This document shows positions 26,686-38,503 of a stretch of 64,000 nt of DNA, one piece after another (within the stretch, counting starts at the first letter, position 1; every line of letters starts with the position of its first letter). Location of the stretch: positions 24,368,001 to 24,432,000 of the forward strand of contig NC_086109.1 of NCBI RefSeq assembly GCF_963921235.1, written 5' to 3'. This stretch comes from Mobula hypostoma (taxonomy: Eukaryota). Both the position numbers and the translations under genes were made by a program. The notes under the pieces are model-generated. The model saw nothing but the letters and a program-made list of their open reading frames with translations. It was not told the origin of the DNA and searched no databases.

Positions 26686-27480
26686 CTATGGCGCCAAATG
26701 GTGACTCCTTTGCTTGAATCTTTGAAAACAGCTCTATTTCCATCTTAAATATCTCTATTTTTCCCTTTCAGCATTCTTTGGAACACCCTGACCTGGAGTT
26801 ACATGCTGACTACAGTTCTTTGCGGAAATGGAACCCGCTCTCGGGGTTTCATGAATGGCCATTATCCGGCATGCTGAGGGCTCGGCCTAAGAGCTCAGCT
26901 CGCCTTCGGAGGACCAGGGTCCTGTGGCGCTGGAGATGAGCAGATCGAAGAGTGGTGTCACGGCAGGAGAGCGGTGTGTGGTCGGGGGAGTAGGAAGATC
27001 TATGGCTGTGTGCCCAGAGACCCGAGATCTTTGGGCACAGAGCTCGGAAAAAACGACGCATCAGACTTTTAATATTGTAAACTAGTGAGTTGTTTGTTAT
27101 GTCTCTCCTCTCACTGTGAAATGGGGACACCTTTTTCTCCCTTATCGGGGGAGGGAGAGACTGTGGTACGTTGAATACCGGGTGAACTGGTGGTCTTTGG
27201 GGTACTGTAAGTCTGTGTCTTTGCTGTTGCTTTGCTCATGCTTGAGTGCCCAGTGGCAGGTGCTGATGCTTTTTTTTTTGCTGGTGGGGGGCAAGGGGGA
27301 TTGTTGCTTGTTGCTGCTTATGCACGGGAAGAAGGGGAGCTGGGGGGTGCACTTTGTGGTTCTAACATTTGACTGTCATTCATTCTTTGGGGCACTCCTC
27401 TGTTTTCATGGACGGTTGTGAAGAAAAAGCATTTCAGGATGTATATTGTACACTTTTCTCTGACATTAAATGTACCTTTA
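26686..27480 (+). mobile_element. Unclassified non-autonomous retroelement-like insert
   Basis: CpG-rich relative to flanks; starts atggcgcc, ends with attaaa-type signal. Confidence 0.45.
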
Positions 27481-27897
27481 TTCTACCATCAGTTCAAATA
27501 CCATTGCTAGTCACTTTTGGTGTCAAGTCAACTATACCCACTATAGCAGTGTCAGGGATGCCAAACTGGGCAAAACTTCTAATGCAATATGCCTACATAA
27601 ACTAGTACAAAAATTCCAAGAAGAAACCTTTCACATCTGCTCCATTGGAACTCTGACACCGGAAATGAGAATGTAACCTATGTGGTAAATATGGTCGATG
27701 AGAATTTCCCAATGGAAGTATCTGAAATGACAGAGTGGACCCAGAGAGGAGTTCAATGGATGTTCATTGAAATGATGCATCGAACTTGCCTACAGTGCAT
27801 TTGTGAAATTGAAACTCTTCCAGTACTGTTGGAATGAGATATTCATGGGAGTATGGGTAACACAGAAGTGTATATAGAATGGGAATACTCATTAATT

Positions 27898-28333
27898 CTT
27901 CCAAGAGGACCACAACCTTGTTGTAGAATCTGGAAGGCTTGCGTGCCTCAAGGACCTGGAGAGCTATGTTGGCTGGAGTCAGGGCGTTATGCTTTGTCTC
28001 TTAGTAGGGCCAATCATGCCAAACTGGTCAAAGGGTAAATGCCAGACTAAGGGTAGCCCACTGGTCCTCCAGGTTCAGGGGTTCAGCTCAGCGCTAACAA
28101 CCTTGACTGTGACTGGTAAAACAAAATTGTTACAGAAACAGCAATGAGGAGTCTTTCTATATCTGAGTGTGATGGTATTCCTGAATCTCCAGCTGGGACT
28201 TGCATGACTGACAGCAGTGAAAACTGAGAGGAAGATACTGAGGTGATGAAGGAAGCTCTGAACACCTCCAGGAATAGAGGGCTTTCGTTGCTGCCCTAAA
28301 CGTCAGTAGCGTAATGAGCAATAAGTAAGTACG
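27898..28333 (+). mobile_element. RTE-derived bipartite SINE
   Basis: 12-bp TSD tactcattaatt (27886-27897/28334-28345); head ggaccacaaccttg...ggcttgcgtgcctcaa resembles RTE/BovB 5' ends; (taag)n tail. Confidence 0.7.
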
Positions 28334-28381
28334 TACTCATTAATTGGAGAGAATAGATTTTGATGAACTCCGTACTGAATG

Positions 28382-28516
28382 ACAAACAAGAGAAGATATG
28401 CAGATGCTGGAAATCCAAAGCAACATATACAAAATGCTGGAGGAACTCAGCAGGCCGGGCAGCACCTATGAAAAAGAGTAAACAGTTGATGTTTCAGGCC
28501 GAGACCCTTCATCAGG
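28382..28516 (-). mobile_element. Penelope pLTR 3' stub with hammerhead motif
   Basis: 15-bp TSD actccRtactgaatg (28367-28381/28517-28531); reverse strand ctgatgaagggtctcggcctgaaacatc. Confidence 0.75.
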
Positions 28517-29822
28517 ACTCCATACTGAATGCACAGGAAGAGTCAGAATAAGAACAACTGCAAGCACATTTGTTCAATACTCCTGTTTAGAAACCCTGGT
28601 TCATTCATACGGAAAAGCAGTAGCTGCCAAAGTTCCAGGCACAAACCATTTAAAACTCCTTTCCAACTATGATGATAGCCGACCACAAAGTTTACCTGTA
28701 GGCTTCTGTGAAAAACCAACGACAATTTGGATTGAAGTAAACACATGGGTTCGTATAACAATACTGAATGCACTTACAGAAGTCTTCACCAGTTGAGGTT
28801 TATTTTAAGTACTCATTTTTGTCATTGCACTCCAGTGTCAATCAACTCTGCCTGCAGATTATGTGAAACAGAATGGTAAAAGACATGCACTTGTTCCTTC
28901 GTTTCATCTAACTTCAAATAGAGCGGCTGAGAAGTCAGAGTAGTTAAAGAAACTCCCAAAGAGCAGGTGTTGCAGGGATATTCAACTCTCAGCATGAAAT
29001 ATTACTTGCCCAATTCCTAGCTGCAGTACAGAAAGTCTGTACTACCACAGGGTATACACCTGGCAGTTTCTTGATTAAGAGATGACACTTTAATCTTGTT
29101 GAATCAAATTTGGCTTCCAGAGTTGAACAGAAACAGTTAAGTCTGACATTAATCGGAAGCAAACTTGGTATATTTTGAGATCTTAGCCCACCTAGCATGT
29201 CAAGCTCACACAAGTGAGAGGCAAGAACCATAGCAGAGGTTTGTAGAATCAGAAGATAGTTTGCTGAAATTTGGTGATAAAATGTGAAGTGTTTATGTTG
29301 ATAAAATAATCTCTGGAGATTAAAACTAGGTCTGCATGTTTAAGCATTCAACTGTGAACTTGAATCAGCGTTAGATCCACTCCAAATTCAAATGCAGATT
29401 CAAGCAGCCAAAACGTTCATTCAACATCAAAGTGTCTAAGAAAATTAGGAAGTTTCTGAGAAGTATAATGAGAATAGATTTAGTGTTGATGTCCATTAAC
29501 AGTGCATATTTTGTGTATTGTCACATTCTTAAAAGAATGAGAGTTTTAGTAACAAACTGTTTATTCCGAAAAAATGGAAACAGTGTACTTTCACTTTAAA
29601 TAATGACTTGTTGTTACCTGTATACTTGCATGTATATTCATAATGCACTCAAATTGGATGGAAGAATTGTTTAGGCCTGCCTTGTAACAATCTCATGAAA
29701 AACAAGCTTCAGTATTTGTATACGCAAACAACAGGAATACTGCAGATGCTGGAAATTCAAGTAACACACATAAAAGTTGCTGGTGAATGCAGCAGGCCAG
29801 GCAGCATCTCTAGGAAGAAGTG

Positions 29823-29864
29823 CAGTCGACGTTTCAGGCCGAGACCCTTCGTCAGGACTAACTG
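29823..29864 (-). ncRNA. Minimal type I hammerhead ribozyme motif (Penelope-associated)
   Basis: Reverse strand cagttagtc-CTGACGA-agggtctcggcct-GAAA-c-GTC-gactg. Confidence 0.7.
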
Positions 29865-31380
29865 AAGGAAGAGTGAGTAAGGGATTTGAAAATTGGAGGG
29901 GGAGGGGGAGATCCAAAATGATAGGAGAAGACAGGAGGGGGAGGGATGGAGCCAAGAGCTTGACAGGTGATAGACAAAAGGGATACGAGAGGGTCATGGG
30001 ACAGGAGGTCCGGGAAGAAAGACGGCAAGGGGGGGGACCCAGAGGATGGGCAAGGGGTATATTCAGAAGGACAGAGGGAGAAAAAGGAGAGTGAGAGAAA
30101 GAATGTGTGCATAAAAGTAAGTAACAGATGGGGTACGAGGGGGAGGTGGGGCATTAGCGGAAGTTAGAGAAGTCGACGTTCATGCCATCAGGTTGGAGGC
30201 TACCCAGACGGAATATAAGCTGTTGTTCCTCCAAACTGAGTGTGGCTTCATCTTTACAGTAGAGGAGGCCGTGGATAGACATGTCAGAATGGGATGTGGA
30301 ATTAAAATGTGTGGCCACTGGGAGATCCTGCTTTCTCTGGCGGACAGAGCGTAGGTGTTCAGCAAAGCGGTCTCCCAGTCTGCGTCGGGTCTCGCCAATA
30401 TATAAAAGGCCACATCGGGAGCACCAGACGCAGTATATCACCCCAGCCGACTCACAGGTGAAGTGTTGCCTCACCTGGAAGGACTGTCTGGGGCCCTGAA
30501 TTGTCCCCTCCCCACTGATCTCCCTCCTGGCACTTATCCGTGTAAGCAGAACAAGTGCTACACATGGCACATCTTTCCCTCCCCCCTTCTCTCTGCTTTC
30601 TGCAGGGATCGCTCCCTATGCAACTCCCTCGTCCATTCGTCCCCCCCATCCCTCCTCACTGATCTCCCTCCTGGCACTTATCCGTGTAAGCGGAACAAGT
30701 GCTACACATGCCTTTACACTTCCTCCCTTTCCACCATTCAAGGCCCCAAACAGTCCTTCCAGGTGAGGCATCACTTCACCTGTGAGTCGGCTGGGGTGAT
30801 ATACTGCGTCTGGTGCTCCCGATGTGGCCTTTTATATATTGGAGAGACCCGACACAGACTGGGAGACCGCTTTGCTGAACACCTACGCTCTGTCTGCCAG
30901 AGAAAGCAGGATCTCCCAGTGGCCACACATTTTAATCCCACATCCCATTCCCATTCTGACCTGTCTACCCACGGCCTCCTCTACTGTAAAGATGAAGCCA
31001 CACTCAGGTTGAAGGAACAACACCTTATATTCCGTCTGGGTAGCCTCCAACCTGAAGGCATGAACATCGACTGCTCTAACTTCTGCTAATGCCCCACCTC
31101 CTCCTCGTACCCCATCTGTTACTTATTTTTATGCACACATTCTTTCTCTCACTCTCCTTTTTCTCCCTCTGTCCCTCTGAATATACCCCTTGCCCATCCT
31201 CTGGGTCCCCCCCCCCCCCGTTGTCTTTCTTCCCGGACCTCCTGTCCCATGATCCTCTCGTATCCCTTTTGCCTATCACCTGTCCAGCTCTTGGCTCCAT
31301 CCCTCCCCTCCTGTCTTCTCCTATCATTTTGGATCTCCCCCTCCCCCTCCAACTTTCAAATCCCTTACTCACTCTTCCTT

Positions 31381-31422
31381 CAGTTAGTCCTGACGAAGGG
31401 TCTCGGCCTGAAACGTCGACTG
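31381..31422 (+). ncRNA. Minimal type I hammerhead ribozyme motif (Penelope-associated)
   Basis: CUGACGA 31390-96, short stem II, GAAA 31410-13, GUC 31415-17, stem I agtc/gact. Confidence 0.7.
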
Positions 31423-32003
31423 CACCTCTTCCCAGAGATGCTGCCTGGCCTGCTGCGTTCACCAGCAGCTTTTATGTGTGTTGCCAGCATTTGTATGGTT
31501 GAAGTGCTGTGCCTTTTAAATAAATCCTATCTCCTTGACATTATGTTTGGCCTAGTGTTTGGGTTCCCACCATCGGCAATCCTGGATTTTGAGACCTGAT
31601 GTTCAATGATTGGCATTTTCTGGGATCTATGCTGAAGATCGAAGACCAAGATTGAAGCAGAAGTCCATGTCCATTGAAGGCTGGAGCTGGAGGCCCTTTC
31701 TGGGGTTAAAGTACTGTGTATGTGCATGGGTGGGAGGGAGGCACAGGGCTTGTTTTTGACGTTGTTGTTCTGCTCAGCAGTGTGGGCATATTAGTTTGCT
31801 GGTGGAATGTGTGCCGAAAATTGCGGGCTGCCCCCAGCATGGCCTTGGGTGTGTTGTTTGTAAATCATGCATTTTACTGTAGATTGGGAACTCCATCTCC
31901 TAACGCTGCACTGCATGGAGATTCAGGACCAAATGTTTCCACACTCAGACTTGCTTCAGCTCCAGATCATCAGCACTGCATGAAAAGTTCAGATACTCTT
32001 TGT

Positions 32004-32769
32004 CAGGGGTCCCCAACCTTTTTTGCACCGCGGACCAGTTTTAATATTGACAATATTCTTGCGGACCGGCCGACCGGGGGGGGGGGGGGCGCCGGTGTTC
32101 AAGTAGGGCTAAACTCACCTCAACATGTCTTTTACGGTTAGAGTTGCCAACTTTCTCACTCTCAAATAAGGGACAAAAGTAGCAGTCAAATCCTGGGACA
32201 CTACCCCAGGAAAGACTACCATGACCATGAAGCCTTGCGCGGGCACCTGTGGGCGCATGTGATGTACGCATGCATGTACGTGCCAATTTTTTCCCCCTCA
32301 ACTCGGTTTTGCTTTCATCTTCCCAACTGTACTGTACATACATTATTTCTACTTTATATAGGCTGTGTATTTATCATATCATTCCTGCTTTTACTATATG
32401 TTAGTGTTATTTTAGGTTTTATATGTTAGTTGGTATGATTTGTTAGGCTATTTTTTGGGTCTGGGAAAGCTCAAAAATTTTTCCCATATAAATTAATGGT
32501 AATTCCTTCTTCGCTTCACGCCATTTCGGCACGAACAGTTTCATAGGAATGCTCTACCTTAGTGGGGGAAATACGGGACAAACCAATTTAGCCCAATATA
32601 CGGGATGTCCCTGCAAATATGGGACAGTTGGCAACCCTATGTTCAAGTTCAACAGTGCGTGACAGGGAATGAGGAAAGGTGCAGCTGACTCATATCGTTT
32701 CCTCAGAGCCCGGTAGCACATGCTTTGAGACCCGGTACCGGTTCACGGCCCGGTGGTTGGGGACCGCTG
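32004..32769. mobile_element. hAT (Charlie/MER1-like) MITE containing a nested element
   Basis: TIR caggggtccccaacc / ggttggggaccgctg; no clean TSD. Confidence 0.75.
32104..32639. mobile_element. Nested hAT-like MITE
   Basis: Ends taggg.../...gttggcaacccta; perfect 8-bp TSD tgttcaag (32096-32103/32640-32647). Confidence 0.75.
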
Positions 32770-33971
32770 CTTGATATCACAAATTTCTATTCAATATGTC
32801 TTGTTCCCCCAATATAAAAGCAGAAAGCAAAAGGAAGAGGGACATTTTATATCAAAAATATTACATTGATCATAAAATTTGCAATTATATAACAGGATAC
32901 CTTCCTTTGTTGCCATTCTTATGCCGGCATACTATCAATTTTCATTTACATACATTCCTTGAGTGAGCAGTCAGAGTTCTTATTCAAATATGTGTTCCAG
33001 TCCATCAATATAGAATGGTGCCAAGGCTTTAAACTGTGCTCTACTCCAAAAAATCTTTGTAGTTGCTGTCCTAGTATGACCTTCAGCTCATGGTCCTGAA
33101 ACTTGGCAAGTGCCTGTCTGCAGCATTTGATCACGGAGTGTTCCTTGCACTAGAAGACTGGCAAATTGAAGGCTGATTTAAGGACTTTGTTCTAAGAGTT
33201 GATATCTGGCCAGCAGCATTTGCTGTTTGTCTCAGTTTGTGTCCCTGGAAATGGTTTATAGAGCACAAGGATTTTGTATTACATTGGTGTTTTGGATCAC
33301 AATAAACGACTGTGTGTCCTTCAAGACCTCCTGGGAAGTGATGTAGCCCTCACACACTAAAGTAGTTCAACATGGATTAACTAAGAGATCCTAGATAATG
33401 TGGGCTATTTCCCCTTCTTTGGTAGCCTTCTTTCAGAGAAGGCAGATATAAATGATAACATTGACCACCATCTTCATAGGCCCTTGACTGTCTAAGGAAA
33501 AGGGTGTTGGAGATCAAGTACTCAAATCTGGCACAAAACGCATGGTCTATGAGAAGGAGCAATTTCTGGCCTCCTCTGTGCTTCTGAGACATGGATAGAC
33601 TAGGGAACAGGTAACTCAGGGCACTGGAAACATACCACCGATGTTGTTTCTGCCAAATGCTCCAAATTCTCTCAAAGGATGAGCAAATCAATTAGCATAT
33701 TCACCTGGACTACTGTCCTAATTGCACTCTGAATTCTTAAAGAGAGAGAGAAAGATTAACTTTATGTGTGAAACGTACTTCAAACAGTGAAATGCATTGC
33801 TTGTGTAAATATGCAACAGAGCATGAGTTGTGCTGGGAGTAGCTTACAAGTGTCACCATGCTTCTGGCACCAGTATAGAAAGCCCACAACTTACTAACCT
33901 TAACCCCTACACCTTTTTTGAAATGTGGGAAGAAACCCACACAGTTGACTGAGAAATCAACTTAAAGCTAG

Positions 33972-34090
33972 ACAGATAGATACTTTATTGATCCCAAAGG
34001 AAATTACAGTGTCACAGTAGCATTACAAGTGTACAGATATTAGAAGAGAAGTAAGAAAGAAGAAAAAATAAGATACCTCAAACAGTCAAA
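33972..34090 (-). mobile_element. Rex1/Babar 3' tail fragment
   Basis: Reverse match to 14935-15055. Confidence 0.7.
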
Positions 34091-34639
34091 CAGAATGTTT
34101 TAAACCTTCGATTCTCTGCACCATGGCAGTTCAAGGTGGTGAAGTTAAACTAAGGATTGTACTTAGGGCTTCAATCTATGCAGCAGAAGCACACCAAAAC
34201 ATAGCATACATGATCTCATAAATTACGTATCTTGTCAGGTATCTCCAAACCCATCTGTGGCAGAATCTGTAGAACCCTCTTTGACCTCATCAGCCAGCTC
34301 AAAACTCATTGAACTTGAATAGATGCAAGTCACTCTTAGTACTGAGGAATTGCTTAAGGAATAGTCAATAGTGTTAGTCACCCAGTGGTTGGACTGGGTA
34401 GATGCGTCAATCCACTAGCAAATGTGTTAAGCTGTAATGGCAATCTATCTTCTTTCATAGTCTTTTTGCTGACATTGCCTGCAACTTGTCAATTTTACCA
34501 AATTCAATTTGAGAATAGAATCACTGACCCATGGATTTTTAAATCAGTTCAGTTCCTGGGCTACCACAGAAGGGTTAGAGAGCTCACTTCCCTGCCTGAA
34601 ATGTTATCTTGCAGGAAGCCGTAGGATCAGAACAGTCCG

Positions 34640-36540
34640 GACCCATGACTGTCTTCACGGTGGCCTCCCCTGAGTGTATTCTGGGCACGAATGTGGTGAT
34701 GGGTAGATCCCTGCAGACAAAAAAGATTTGTTTTACCTTCGGGCTGGCATGGATGAAGGTACTGTTGTGATTGGCTAAATGGGAGCCTTTGGTCACCCTG
34801 CCCCCCCCCCACCAAAATATAGTTAAAAACAAGCAGTACAGAATCCCAGGAGGCACCAAGGAGATGGGGGAAACTGTGGACCCCTGCTGTGGGAGGTGGG
34901 GGGTGGCTTTATCTGCCCTGCAACATTCCCCTACAATAGCCTGGAGTTGTCGGTGCAGAAGAGAAAATGGCACATGGTTTATGACCATCGACTATAGACA
35001 GCTGAATAAGTGCGCACTTCCCTCCGCAGTGGCTGTGCCCAGCATAGTGATCCTCACTGAGGACACTGGGGTAGGCATGAGGAGCATTGGTACTCACTGG
35101 TGGACCTGGCCTATGCCTCCTCCTCTATCCCATGAGTCTCAAACGTAGGACCAGTTCCCTTTTATCTGGGAGGGCAGGTGGCACACCTTTTGTTGACTCC
35201 CACGGGGTACGACCACCGTCCACATTCTCACTTTGTGACATGGTATGATTACCCGGGGCCTGCTTGGGGTACAGTTAGACCCCACTGTCTCTGTATCCCA
35301 CTACATGGGCAACGTGCTGCCACAGGAACCCTCAGAGAAGGTAGTGAAGCAGGCCCTGAATAAGGTGGTCATCTCTCTGCAGGAGCATTATTCCCGATAA
35401 GATACAGGGCCCCAGCCAGAATAACATATTCCTTGGCATACAGTGGCATTCTAGGCGGCAGGAGGTACCAGATCAGGCCAAGCACAAGATCTTGGGTGCT
35501 GTAGTTTCCATGTCCAAAGAGGAGACACAGAATTTTGTGGGGCTCCTGTGGTATTGGCATCAGCACATCTTGACCCTAATGATGATGCTGCACCCCATGT
35601 ATCAGTTCAGCTGGAAAAAGACCGCCATCCAGTTGGGACCCGAGCGGCAGGTGGCCTTTGAAGCCACCAAGCAGGCAGTAGAGCAGGCCTTCCCTTTGGC
35701 CCCTGGACACAGTGGGGTAGCATTCGAGCTGCAGGTTTCAGCCACCCCTAGGGTGGCTGAGTGGAGCATTTGGTGAACGAAGAAAGGATGTCGCGTCCCC
35801 TGGGATTTTTGACAAAGACGCTGACAAAGAGTTGGTCATCCTTTGAGAGGCAGCTGACAAAGAGTTAGCCACCCTTTGAGAGGCAGCTGTTAGCCTGCTA
35901 CTGAGCTCTCTTGGCTACAGAACATCAGACCAGCCCGCCTCTGAGTCCGTCATGCTCTGCCCTACTATGCAGTGGATAAAATCTGACAATGCAACCCACT
36001 AAGAGGGCCATTCCAGCAGTTTTTCATTGTCAAGTGGAAGTAGTACATTGTGAACCAGACAGAGAAAGGTCCCGATGGGATGAACTGCCTCCAGAAGCAG
36101 ATCATGGCTCTCCCTGATAATGATCATTACATCTCCAATGAGGTTCCCACGATCATCCCCTCGCCCATACAATGGGATAATCCTTATAATTACATGAACT
36201 CTCAGCAGAAGCAGCATGACTAGTGTACTCAGCAGGCCAGGCAGCATCTATGGAAAATAGTAAAGAGTCGACATTTCAGGTGAGACCCTCCATCAGTCCT
36301 GGTTGAGGGACTCGGCCCAAAACTTTGACGGTTTACTCTTTTCCATGGACGCTGCCTGGCCTGCTGAGTTCCTCCAGCATTTTGTGCGTGTCGCTTTGGA
36401 CTTCCAGCATCTGCAGGTTTTCTCCTGTTTGGTTGACTGACGGCTCCAGCCTTTGGTGGAGTGGCAAGCAGTGGTGGAAGGCTGCTGTTCTCCATCCTGC
36501 TTCAGAGAGGGTCATTACCCAAGAGGTAATGCTGGGCCTG
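34640..36540 (+). pseudogene. pol: Endogenous retrovirus pro-pol remnant, class III (ERV-L-like)
   Basis: PECILG, AKWEPL, QYRIPGG, WFMTIDYRQLNK, VDLA, DQFPFIWEG, HYMGN (degenerate YMDD), FVGLLWYWHQHI, PLGF, PFERQLLACY, RNase H start WLTDGSS; multiple stops and frameshifts. Confidence 0.85.
36227..36430. mobile_element. Penelope pLTR foldback inserted into ERV pol
   Basis: Inverted pLTR ends with degenerate hammerhead cores, immediately before WLTDGSS. Confidence 0.75.
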
Positions 36541-36899
36541 CCTGAGGGCGCCGTCCTGTGCTGCAGAAGGGGTGCCGCTGGTACCAATCTCCTTTAATGA
36601 CAATGATCAGGACTATTGGAGGAACAGTCCAGCTTCTCAAATTTTGGCTTTCTGTTTTTGGACAAGCCAGAAGGGAGAAGTCCATTCCGGCCAACCTCGC
36701 CCTACGGTTTGGGAATGGCCCTGAAGAACATGATTCTCAGTAACCCCTGTGGAGTAAGTGTTTTAAGGGCTGGTACTTCCCTACATATGGAGTGCCCAAT
36801 CCCAAAGTCCCAATCCAGAAAATAATCCTTCTGCCAACAGGGAAGGGGAAGGAATGCTGGTAGAGGCTGTACAATGAGCACAGGTCCAACCAGTCAGTG

Positions 36900-37640
36900 G
36901 GACACAGAAAGTGTAAATGGCAACGGGAGCCTGGGACCTCTGTGTTGACACCTAATGGTGTGTGTGTGTGTGTGTGTGTGTGTACTCCTTGGTCACCAAA
37001 CAGTAGGTACTGGATTTGCAGCGCCAGGGTCTATCCACAGCTTCCCATGGGATGCTGTGGCTGCTGCTACCTGGAGTAGGTGGGTACCGTATGTACCCGG
37101 CCTCAATAGCCAGGAAGAGCACTTTGCCCACGAAGGTCGGTACAGTGAGAGACGTAAGGCAGAGGCAGAAAGGTTCTGGATGATATCCTTTTTCCTGTGT
37201 CGTATGGCCAGCTTGTCCCAGGAGACTGTACATATGTCCGGTCTCTGTGATGGAGGCACTGGCCGACAAGATGGCCGCAGCGCTCAAGCATGCAGAGAAT
37301 TCATTGACCAGAGTGTCAACTCAGAGGATGTGCTTGCAAAATCGATTGGCTTCTGGAGCAACGTGGCACCTGTCCTGTGATTGGTTAGGAGTGCTGCACC
37401 TATATCCCCATTGAGCTGGGGAATATCACTCACCAGGCAGGTCATATCCAGGAGGCAATAATTAAGATCAGGAAAGTTGGGGGGGGGGCAGCTCCATACC
37501 TCTACACCCTGGGCGGAAGTTGGTGGTCTTTTGGAGCGTTGGGAGACTGGTGGACTACTGTAATAGACTGGGTAGTCACTGGTGGGCTGATAATTCTCAG
37601 TATTATTGTGTTATACTTTGTGTGTAGTAAATTGGGGGGT
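36900..37640 (+). pseudogene. env: ERV env remnant (gamma-type TM)
   Basis: RRK then ERFWMISFF (cleavage site/fusion-peptide-like), LQNR + DWLLEQRGT (ISD), CPVIG*ECCTYIP (CX6CC), hydrophobic anchor WVVTGGLIILSIIVLYFVC. Confidence 0.75.
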
Positions 37641-37691
37641 CCCGGGGTTTATTCCAACCTGCCAACTGAGTGTCATGGTGCTTTGACTTTT

Positions 37692-38020
37692 GAGGGGTGG
37701 AATGTTGCAGTAGGAGTCTTAACTTACATGCTCATTGAAATCCACTCCCCCGTGGGAGGCGGTGATTGGTCTGTGGAAGGAGAATTGCAGCCCGTCCCAC
37801 GAGTTTCTGTTTAGCTGATGACACGATGGTAGGAGTAGAGTTCCAATCTAGCGTGTGGTAACCATATGATCCTTTTTTGATCTCAGGTCACAAAGTAGAC
37901 GAGGGTGCCACAGAAACGGTATACAGTGGGGGTGTGCTGCAGGAAAAAGGGCTTGGGCACACGCTTTAGTTCAGCATTTGCTACTGTGTGTATGTTTGGT
38001 GTCAGCTTTGTCCTGACACT
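37692..38020 (+). mobile_element. Polypurine tract and putative 3' LTR
   Basis: gaggggtggaa (37692-37702) directly followed by TG at 37703; LTR 3' end uncertain. Confidence 0.55.
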
Positions 38021-38503
38021 TCAGGCACTCAGTTTGGATAAGTATCTGTAACCTAATTTAGCTTGAAGGGTTTACTGAATGTTTAGTGTCTGTTTTGTCT
38101 TGTAAACTTGATTTCCCACAATAAGCTCCATATACGTAGACCGTGTTAAGGAACTGGAGCAGCAACTGGATGACCTTCTGCTCATGCAAGAGAATAAGAA
38201 ACTGATAAATAGGAGCTTCAGGGAAGTAGTCACCCCTGAATTGTAGGAGGCTGGGTGACTGTCAGGAGAGAGAAAAGGAATAGGCAGCCAGTGGAGAGTA
38301 CCTCTATGGCCGTTCACATCAATAACAAATGGACCACTTTGGATATTGTTGGGGGAGACATCTGACCGGGGGAATCCACTGCTACTGAGTCTCACTCTGT
38401 GGCTCAGAATGGAAGGGGGGGGGGAAGAATAAGAGTGCAGTTGCGATAGGGGATTTCATAAATAAAGGAGCGGAGAGGAGATTCTGTGGATGTGAAAGGG
38501 ACG

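Larger units (their letters stand above)
29722..31484. mobile_element. Penelope-like element, inverted pair of 5'-truncated copies with GIY-YIG endonuclease
   Basis: ORFs 30154-30570(-) and 30463-31089(+) contain VIYCVWCSRCGLLYIGET..RLGDRFAEH; arms ~29761-30501 and ~30737-31484; TSD cagYatttgtat (29710-29721/31485-31496). Confidence 0.92.
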
